This document shows positions 28,101-30,485 of a DNA stretch of 32,000 nt, in pieces; the first letter of the stretch is position 1; every line of letters starts with the position of its first letter. The position numbers and the translations under genes were made by a program. A model generated the notes under the pieces. It did not search any database and was not told where the DNA came from. It was given only the letters and a program-made list of their open reading frames with translations. Source of the DNA: Pirellula staleyi DSM 6068 (GTDB taxonomy: Bacteria; Planctomycetota; Planctomycetia; Pirellulales; Pirellulaceae); contig CP001848.1 of NCBI GenBank assembly GCA_000025185.1, positions 4,470,001 to 4,502,000 on the forward strand. The letters are read 5' to 3'.

Positions 28101-28223
28101 GGGCCATGTCAGGGGGCATTACCCGATCTCATGAAGGCAATGGGGATTGAGCGTCTTAAGATTGTGACAAAGAGTGGCAGGGTTGGTGAAATCTCTGGAG
28201 GAGTGTTCAGATGGTTGGAGTAG
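13191..28223 (+). CDS. Giant (5,010 aa) modular surface/secreted polymorphic-toxin-like protein with C-terminal nucleic-acid deaminase-like domain
   Basis: A single uninterrupted ORF of 15,033 nt with an AAGGA RBS. The domain order is given in the sub-features below. The codon and GC pattern matches host genes until about 26,250. Every other long ORF in this interval is an antisense or alternate-frame artefact. Confidence 0.95.
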   Translation: MTISRKELARQKKRQKELRAAILARRERRSLIEQLEPRQMMAAEVSNFRLWYDSGYSSTDKVSSDTRLAGALAFGSGNSGRIDFDHNGDSNVDGTISVVNSGGSFKYEPRDNGLSESFTGALDLKYRAVELDSYGGVLNTGSWTSFPITVESRLGADLQNLHLVSDTGSSSTDKVTSDLRLAGAVTWDGYGGFAQVEFDLHNDGTADGYAGLWWSGESFEVNLRNMGLSSSYSGALPLKYRIVEFDSYSSPLYTSDWQSFAITVETPRLYGNVNSLQLVSDTGSSSTDKVTSDPRVSGSISWDGYGGSVQIEFDHNNDGTYDGYAGTYYSGGSFTYDPRNWGLSSIYSGELPLRYRIVERDDYYNTLFTGSWQDFTITLEPQRINAVMSGLALVSDTGTSSTDKLTTDPRLTGNVSWDGYGGYVDVQFDHNNDNYFDGYAGVWSSGSSFNYDPRSWGLSSEHAGVVPMRYRFVEYNENYTAIYTSSWTSFEYTMLAPRLNATLSGLALVSDTGTSSTDKITSDPRVSGSVTWDGYGGWVDVQFDHNSDGSYDGYAGIWSSGGSFTYDPRNFGLSSNYSGELPLKYRTVEYSSGGSTLFTSNWANFPITIEQPRLNATLTGPQLVVDDGASSSDRVTTDPRVSGSVTWDGYGGSVQLQFDHDANGSLDGYAGIYSSGNSFTYDPRSFGLSSSYSGSLPLKYRVVEMDSYGGTLHTSNWQDFAITISGAEPSATLANLHLVSDTGTSSTDKITSDPRLAGNVNWDGYGGYVTVEFDHTGNGSVDGSTTLYMSGDAFQYDPRSSDPSLSTYAGTLPLKYRLVENTSGGSTIVGSWQTFTYTLVGQSPAPEITVVDSSIAPIADEIGSYSFGTTVAGSSIVRTFTIVNQGTGTLTLDANSLSLPSGFALVSTFDSTVDPDGGTTTFSVRLEATTPGVYSGTLSFTSNDADESPYNFTITGHVLSAEAEIDVERADGSNLADGTGTLSFGATATGTAVSRTITIRNIGYSTLVLDDESLSLPSGYSLVSGFATSVSPGESTYLTVQLDASSAGTYGGQLSFTTNDTSEGIFNFQLTGTVEAPTPEIVVRLASESNRSLYSGSDSVDFSWAQVGGANARTLLIENTGTGTLTLDSASLVLPVGFRVATPFAATVAPGASTSLIVEFAPGSEGFHSGELSFVTNDSDEGLFRFTLHGEGYGSGTPSGTQLIVGLRNDTGISSSDKVTSDYRIQGEVTGLAAGESARIAIDLGTDGIAETEITVTAASPEFAFDPTTIASSFAATLGAKLLRFKVTYFDDQDNEIGTGNWQTFSYALEAIPVQITPTLLTDTGPIYNDSITYLPTLSIAVQKHSGSGNIRLEFDHDADGDVDGSAAVPYSYTVLQYDPRVSDSSFAALRGEIPLRYRAVMIDGNGEPIALGAWNNFTIEQTGDTRAEGLLLSELGLSLDSGVSSTDRITSSPVIYFVASGELETGSGAVDFDFEGNGSVDTTQLVDQLDQEYLFDPRTLGGSEYETNGAKEIFFRVRKLNELGLTEATGDWQPFRFTFESAPTSTASLQNVALLHDTGASSTDRVTSDGTIKGIVQSGEAYSNFAFVEVDWTGNGTVDDVIPAVHGLAGWEFRATPRSLSYGTYDTLLRVREWSDQFGQYRYSAWSEFSFEFVAMSSPAIASLKLEGIDASISSYVTAHETTLLGEVATPVDRSYIIYLDANGDEIAEATAYSDGQGKFSIETPIAAAGNVSVRLRTAVYDPILQSEILGPWRSFAFSYESKALANVTELSLQTDTGTSATDGITKDPTVKGKVTPPTTATGISVSGVLVEFDEDGDGDAEGFTSTSTTGEFSYRPLTLLPGTVTIRARSRAFDENLRTNIYGTWKEFTFTLEATTFETGTVSLSLAKPSATNSAQTTDPAIKGTTVIGSGRHAVVEFDHNGDGTPEGSVATDTTHQFTYVPIGMGVGSHTIRARVREWNPVARQLVIGDWIEMNYTVVTTTNQTPTVTSLALASDSGSSASDLITGNSLLTGTINNPDGAEAGLPVEIDVNSDGLGDTIVFADSLGQFSYQVEAIPYGANTVQARAIEWDEPSGQYLISSWQSLSFTYVAPSGEAAYVSELTTVTPPYYGQVLDPILTGQVINDGSLKDIVVELDFNGDNTIDVRTLTDSNGHFEYRPVGLAPGNYAIRARARELDTITGQLTTSGWTTLWFELLASNNQVATLSPLALVEDTGTVGDGKSANPSLKGTVTNDGLYSGLVVQIDHNGDDIADGVAGVDSTGNFTYTPHGLAYGTYTFRARVKELNQLGTPMYSSWQTLALDYQPEAYQGVKITTLNLASDTGNSATDGATSNPSLTGSISGTTSPIVIRFDHNGDEVTDGTATTDAQGNFSYSPSGLTEGLVTIRAAVEGTTIASGLRWTTKTFVYSTTPDGETAQGLVHTHLTYTAAWQRAGDDYNAAISAANSLYTSIRDRAALTYDASVASSTLARDAALAQAQEAYSLATAAAESTYASQMADIQGQFMLDLAAYGGDTTTFQLREFAWPTSPSSMGLEIPSDASQPTAPQMISETSTYYDWSSDTAYQGAIAAANNSYQTEKLEAENIYSAAKKSVDDTYNSAVSGANRTHSEEVAAAKKAYDDALLVPITNAVDMVAATSDYSSAIANATAQRDRVLARIDTGDIYQQRSALENWRDAQMYACSTWEYEARIARERDIWEEYHHRYADIEKIVADRMAKADYDYGVAVENAAVAFKHKEIDRDQQVEQRKINAAAVRDKAINAADAKRDKAIATAQFEKTKALAVAAKAFDSAVEKARLDSVKEQSDARTSPLASWADGLGTRWTTYYKEIVGHDVDHVSSIVPKAEERYESDLATAKTEIEKIAEEKKKLAHEKSDLTLTKKNAEVDSDKVFSTAENVAEITRKKANETAFSEFKKKDLEITRDFKIEDATNHQSYTKAAATLDRSVDRDAPVYVWSSSHQSNILNQARINDYYEYFVGTGSAGSESGGVYALLYSRAQSLEANDLTRATARNNAWHTYQTAVYGHARTRAEATATAAEVRDKSKADAAFTFTTTYAEKYSAYLKSTSEASKTAADEETASDTTYNAHLNEAEVQRNDSEAETTNDYRTGLAEDHKDQVGSWGTALDSAWGTLQKTLADTNFDQIVGLGAALVTNTSTLGGFALTHADEIGSSLQQLVEGIVAADDTETQAHSDAIVAYATKVATERKAYAYKLAAANKEHDFAVAEKDEAYRVGVSERQRVYENAVAALKFDAEDSHQTTPNVIYVGSASSIDFRLAALHMIFSADDSPITGYGIRIGQADVDYLRALAALQKTELASQTSNYTLSENYHTQKTAIGDTWQAAMRSQHEGYEKAKFAAERTRAEGDVNDHQTWVLGIQNDHVTLAEEAQSAANTLADALAEATTSLATDQADAARAFSEEVAAADKSYTDDTTSADVEYSNDALGADNSYSLGSITSSNAYEEAIVGARGNYEETLHQQHLAKLQSATVPAGAITKLNMYRIGVAEANLQWSQDLWAAREQQQASASMRNLASIQGGTSFLGGSGGHSITGSSSASVTQTSSIGEAYLAHTTGTSSAVKSLSDDTADAIRDVVVGVRTAESSDAARQVKAEKTYDVDHAIAARTFHESTEAALLAWASDVLDARGAYWDEFQSEMYYDLPAEEEAWEDAYGGNLSRAEVRDAAIEVADDQYDLAIKTARKDFALEVGDAQIDRAHTVTQSAATREDEAGQAVINGQSSLNSAETSYIGTTNGLNNASASGYGLADKIYDEATAKINEFLTELNGNSSIAYATVLANARTSRAVALATAEADYHIAMATTTATRENALYQSMATANPADPLLTYHQFLASQSTAYVSWLSGMKPAYASYIESMSEAVSAESIAFAEAQAAVDRARAQSQRERAFSAAERWMNSEIAETSAYGDYRTAEATSRHARDLALPGYERTLQMAYQAQDESQLVAHTTAERDYWFTIVGDDDYNYYTYSAAANSALTAARAAANTGWAEDYSTADLAWTTSVTTADTTYRVALENHNYGYELGVEQRGEVRTVAEAQSDHAKAIADSAAERTFDLALTAASNARRTAEFTAAADFQGADYQAQATAIASISTAMNLPWLTFEADLAGVKLSWWTSTGRTEWLDAGIDLNEADTTYAIAAADVNAAHRVTVAGADRDLAISEAARQRIRRTGELAADRDFAITFAGVDQAYQLELAQTRNYYRNAQAALTEDYADEAAASQYFFLSSTPEFAAIESQKSARSTAANDRWLVGITAGEGAQMQAHAAALLSYATSWRNDNLAYENTFLTSIRDRDLALTTHSNIQKLSYAELYRDYQIDSATTFAITIDSFVSTNTTPWSIRVAEAGDAQSDRTEGVANAIFEFKEIEFLEAHDLAISKILSAFEHNRDSRLSGIEESMVEDIARALRDNNLGQVLTNWSTNDSSNLRTFDSTTETTPSAEGPAPSRTTRPGTGTNSKKPNETTPAKAEPLSSNNVASDGSDYRYSPATSQESIKDDVSDEYTPHPPLPRLVLDPRIGEYVLADQVSSSSDYYDVPSQSRINASNRYNPSPDYIEVQSQLSARYYADDNKKQGYVGFVFDTRPELKEMGVLNVSIESFERLNYLFAGDSNTSITSIELAIAAMGLAGSEWKRSTENFKIGENVYEIIVLENEATEDTWYAVPEVVYTFKDGYVPESRGLSDPFTAAKPYLVFLAIPYPGLAKQVYLWSPKEAEPLGPKLVGVTFYSSRSNVEYALSGTKRIELLNKLAISYGVGVGALNIQSVFKSATASVKSVSSVSSIASETTGALDNLAQTVTVADNATPSSADIFAEIAKSGDNASQSTVDTFTDLAKSLDEAPPLDQSNAPNRTPWDTIDHFRSHKQGMAELGDAIPVKGDKLGTVAFVEIEGSKVFGVNSTALVDDADKALGRMWRDRLGFNSGQAQALFHGEAHSLMRAYEKFSGKLPKDLTLYVDRLTCGPCQGALPDLMKAMGIERLKIVTKSGRVGEISGGVFRWLE
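13320..15740 (+). repeat. Seven tandem Ig-like (adhesin-type 'DTGxSxxDxxTxD') repeats; units 2-7 are exactly 345 bp / 115 aa apart
   Basis: Unit starts are at 13320, 13671, 14016, 14361, 14706, 15051 and 15396. Consensus: L.LVSDTG(S/T)SSTDK(I/V)TSDPR(V/L)(S/A)G.V.WDGYGG.V.V(E/Q)FDHN.DG..DGYAG...SG.SF.YDPR..GLSS.YSG.LPLKYR.VE. Stretches such as ctggtgagcgataccggcaccagcagcaccgacaa recur at the DNA level. Confidence 0.9.
15726..16773 (+). repeat. Three tandem ~116-aa choice-of-anchor-D / ASH-like beta-sandwich modules
   Basis: Each unit reads PEI.V....(FG)....G....RT..I.N.G.G.L.LD..SLSLPSGF.LVS.F...V.PG.......V.L.....G.Y.G.LSF.(T/S)ND..E..(Y/F)NF...G. An example is SFGTTVAGSSIVRTFTIVNQGTGTLTLDANSLSLPSGFALVS...LSFTSNDADESPYNFTITG. 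Confidence 0.7.
16790..20412 (+). repeat. About 11 divergent Ig-like modules of the same adhesin type
   Basis: Module-start motifs recur: LRNDTGISSSDKVTSD, LLTDTGPIYNDSITY, LSLDSGVSSTDRITSS, LLHDTGASSTDRVTSD, LQTDTGTSATDGITKD, LASDSGSSASDLITGN, LVEDTGTVGDGKSANPSLKG and LASDTGNSATDGATSNPSLTG. Each is followed by (E/I)(F/I)D.(N/D)GDG..(D/E) and ...R(A/V)R. The module count is approximate. Confidence 0.7.
20440..26450 (+). repeat. About 2,000-aa Ala/Thr/Asp/Glu-rich, Cys-poor region, presumably alpha-helical, with an 11-residue (33-nt) aromatic periodicity
   Basis: Hand-checked registers have an aromatic residue at i, i+11, i+22, i+44 and i+55. In DDYNAAISAANSLYTSIRDRAALTYDAS...QEAYSLATAAAESTY the Tyr residues fall at 0, 11, 22, 44 and 55. 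In NSYQTEKLEAENIYSAAKKSVDDTYNS...KKAY they fall at 0, 11, 22 and 44. In KSYTDDTTSADVEYSNDALGADNSYSLGSITSSNAYEEAIVGARGNY they fall at 0, 11, 22, 33 and 44. GWAEDYSTADLAWTTSVTTADTTYRVALENHNYGY gives W0, W11, Y22 and Y33. KVFSTAE...AFSEFKKKDLEITRDFKIEDATNHQSY gives F0, F22, F33 and Y44. The boundaries are approximate. Confidence 0.75.
27800..28220 (+). other. C-terminal deaminase-like toxin domain (HxE...CxxC; DddA/SCP1.201-like by motif and element order)
   Basis: Sequence: KLGTVAFVEIEGSKVFGVNS...AQALFHGEAHSLMRAYEKFSGKLPKDLTLYVDRLTCGPCQGALPDLMKAMGIERLKIVTKSGRVGEISGGVFRWLE. H4940-G-E4942 lies at nt 28008-28016 and C4970-G-P-C4973 at nt 28098-28109, with 27 residues between the Glu and the first Cys. 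The inferred order strand-strand-(HxE helix)-strand-(CxxC helix)-strand-strand fits the cytidine-deaminase fold. Confidence 0.7.
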
Positions 28224-28675
28224 ATCAAGTGAATCGCTTTCATAGCACATTCAGATCCTTCGGAAACCAAGGGGTCGATCCAATCGAGTGGGAACGACAC
28301 TTCTTAAATTACCACGTTTCCGAATGGTTGTCCGAAGGCGATGGAGTCCTCCAGTTCTTTTCCCATGATGGCAAGCGGTACTCGCTGGTTCTTGTTCACG
28401 TGCCGAGTCGTGGGTTTGTTCTTCAATACGATTGCCGAGATTTGTCCTTGCAGAAGACTGTCTCTTGCAAGTACGCAGTGTCAGATCAATCGCAGTTGTC
28501 ATGTTTTGAAGAGGTGGCAGACGGCCTTATTTATCCGACTGGTTGTATTTTGCCCCCTTCAACAGCTTGGGTTGCCGTGAAGGGATTCCTAATCCATCCG
28601 ACTCTACCCTCAAATGATGTTGAGTGGATCGCAGATCAAGACATTCCTTGGCCAGAGTCGCAACGAGAATCATGA
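28211..28675 (+). CDS. Putative cognate immunity protein for the C-terminal deaminase toxin (family unassigned)
   Basis: 154-aa ORF whose ATG at 28211 overlaps the giant gene's last codons and TAG (28221-28223) by 13 nt, which suggests translational coupling. An alternative GTG start is at 28229. The protein is small, appears cytoplasmic, and has no signal peptide or TM helix. Trp residues lie near the C-terminus (DVEWIADQDIPWPES). It shares the reduced GC of the toxin end. The function is inferred from position only. Confidence 0.65.
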   Translation: MVGVDQVNRFHSTFRSFGNQGVDPIEWERHFLNYHVSEWLSEGDGVLQFFSHDGKRYSLVLVHVPSRGFVLQYDCRDLSLQKTVSCKYAVSDQSQLSCFEEVADGLIYPTGCILPPSTAWVAVKGFLIHPTLPSNDVEWIADQDIPWPESQRES

Positions 28676-28914
28676 AATCGTTCGCCCGTGCGTGAGTGTG
28701 ATTCACCGTCACGATGAAAAAGAAACAGGAGCATTGCCATCACGGGACAGGGGGTGACCACCTTGCCTGCCAGGGGAATCGCCTGGAATTGTTTGATTCT
28801 TATCTTTGTGGCAGCGGTTGCTTGGCGATGGCAAGGTAGTTTATCTGCCCGGCAGAGAATGGCGGCGATGGCTTGAACAAGTGATCCATCGCTTGACCCT
28901 ATTGGTTCTGAATT

Positions 28915-28933
28915 GGCGTCGCCAGACGCTTTT
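28915..28933 (+). terminator. Weak hairpin plus T-tract (GCGTC-GCCA-GACGC-TTTT)
   Basis: A 5-bp GC-rich stem with a 4-nt loop followed by TTTT, about 240 nt downstream of the immunity ORF and between convergent genes. The stem is short, so support is low. Confidence 0.2.
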
Positions 28934-29000
28934 GCCGTGGTCTTAGAAGGTTAGATCCTATGCATGTTGTTTCGTCATCTGGGGAGGTGGAGGTTGGTGG

Positions 29001-30176
29001 TTAGGGGACGAGGAGGAGGGAGTGGCCACGGGATTGGTGGTTGATGAGGGAGGTGAGGGCGGAGGTGACGATGACGACACCTTCGGCGATGTCGCGGTGG
29101 GGAATGTTTTTGCGGGCGAGGGTTTGGCCGCAGATGGTGACGTCGACTCCAGCCGCTCGTAAGGTAGCGATGAGGGGTGCGTTGGGGTTTTTCTCGACGG
29201 ATTGCTGTTTGGCGTAGGCCTCGTCGGTGAGTGCAGCGGCGGCAGCGTCGCCGTGAAGGACGATCGCGATGTGGATGTCGGAGGATTTCAGCCCTGCAGC
29301 GCCGTAGAGGTTCAGCAGACGTGCGGCACGCTCGAGCCCGGGGTTAATCTCGGTCGGCTTGGCGGCAGCGGTGACGTCGAAAACAACTCGCGCACCGGCG
29401 CGTGGTGCTGCGGGGGCACCAGTCAGCGGGGCGACTCCGCCGGTCCCTTCGATGAGGAACATTTTCAGCTCGCTCGGTTCCGTTTCGAGCTTTTGGAACT
29501 CGACGAAGTAGTTCTCTTTCAGCAGACCTTTACGCTCGCCGATTTTACGAAATCCAGCCGCTTTGATCTCGGCTTCAAACACCTCTTGGCCGGCGCGGAC
29601 GTGGTTTAAGGTCCAAGGGGTGCTTTCTCCTTCGATACGCCGGAAATCGACGAGAATCAGGCGTCCTCCTGGCTTGAGGGCTGTGTGGAGCGAGCTCATC
29701 GTTTTGCCGGGGAACTCGAAGTGATGGTAGGTATCGCAGATGAAGGCGACATCGATCGAGCTGGGTGCAAGTTCGGTGGAATCGGGTTTGCAGCGGATGG
29801 TTTCGACATTTTTTTGGTCAGCCGCTCGGCTACTTGCCTGGATGTGATCGAGAAATTCCTGGGCAATATCGACGGCGATCACGCGCCCCTCAGGACCGAC
29901 CGCTTGGGAGAAGAGCCGCGTGTAGAGTCCGGTTCCAGCGCCGATGTCGGCGACTGTTTGACCAGGCTCGATTCGGCAAGCGGCAAGAATCGCTTCGCGA
30001 TGGAGGAAGACTTCGCGGCTCTCGACCTCGAACCGCTCGACAAACGCTTCCACATCGGGCTTCTGGAAGCTGTCGTTGATCCCGGGCTTCACACTTTTTT
30101 CCTGAGCGAAGGCTGCGAGAGGGAGACTAGCGAGGAGGACGAGGAGCGCTCGGCAGAAGAACGGTTGTGACCACAT
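29001..30176 (-). CDS. Secreted fusion protein: class I SAM-dependent methyltransferase domain + C-terminal DsrE/DsrF-like domain
   Basis: I prefer the start at MWSQPFF (30176) because it yields a signal peptide (FFCRALLVLLASLPLAAFA/QE); the ORF extends to 30257. Methyltransferase motif I: VADIGAGTGLYTRLFSQAVGPEGRVIAVDI, followed later by GGRLILVDF. The C-terminal ~130 aa are DsrE-like: IAIVLHGDAAAAAL..., AAGVDVTICGQTLARKNI (conserved Cys) and VIVTSALTSLINHQSRG. Confidence 0.75.
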   Translation of the reverse strand: MWSQPFFCRALLVLLASLPLAAFAQEKSVKPGINDSFQKPDVEAFVERFEVESREVFLHREAILAACRIEPGQTVADIGAGTGLYTRLFSQAVGPEGRVIAVDIAQEFLDHIQASSRAADQKNVETIRCKPDSTELAPSSIDVAFICDTYHHFEFPGKTMSSLHTALKPGGRLILVDFRRIEGESTPWTLNHVRAGQEVFEAEIKAAGFRKIGERKGLLKENYFVEFQKLETEPSELKMFLIEGTGGVAPLTGAPAAPRAGARVVFDVTAAAKPTEINPGLERAARLLNLYGAAGLKSSDIHIAIVLHGDAAAAALTDEAYAKQQSVEKNPNAPLIATLRAAGVDVTICGQTLARKNIPHRDIAEGVVIVTSALTSLINHQSRGHSLLLVP

Positions 30177-30485
30177 GGGAGAACCTTTCGCGAAGGGGAG
30201 TGGGAGGCGCGGCTCGTGTAGGCGGGAGTCGGTCGGCTCGATCAGCGTGTAATCCATTATGTCGAAATGTTCCGATGTGTCAACATAGCAGTCGGGAGCA
30301 GGCTTTGTAGAGAAGTCAGAAACAGCCTGTTCGACGTACGAAATTGCCGTTCTGGCAGTGCGTGCTGGGGAGGGGATTTTGAAGCAAGCGAGGCGCTGGC
30401 GGAGCTGAATCTGGCTGGCCTGGTGAAGCGACTTGGGCTACGATGCAAGCTCCCGCCTAACTTCCGCTAGCCCACCTGCTTACCG

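Noticed and set aside
28714-28876. Two small overlapping ORFs downstream of the immunity gene. One is a 41-codon Cys/His-rich ORF from the ATG at 28714 (MKKKQEHCHHGTGG...). The other is a ~40-codon GTG-initiated frame with a TM-like segment (IAWNCLILIFVAAVAWRW). They might be a second immunity gene or an orphan module.
   Set aside because: Both are too short, have no convincing RBS at proper spacing, and compete with each other. I have no comparative evidence. They are worth re-examining only if conserved in homologous loci.
30177-30485. N-terminal extension of the methyltransferase ORF (30177-30257), small ORFs at 30257..30448 (-), 30267..30470 (+) and 30457..30843 (-), and a CAGGCT-N19-AGCCTG hairpin.
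   Set aside because: This is a divergent promoter region between two supported genes. The small ORFs lack motifs, and one is antisense to the DUF1592-type gene. The hairpin has a 6-bp stem and a large loop, so it is not convincing.
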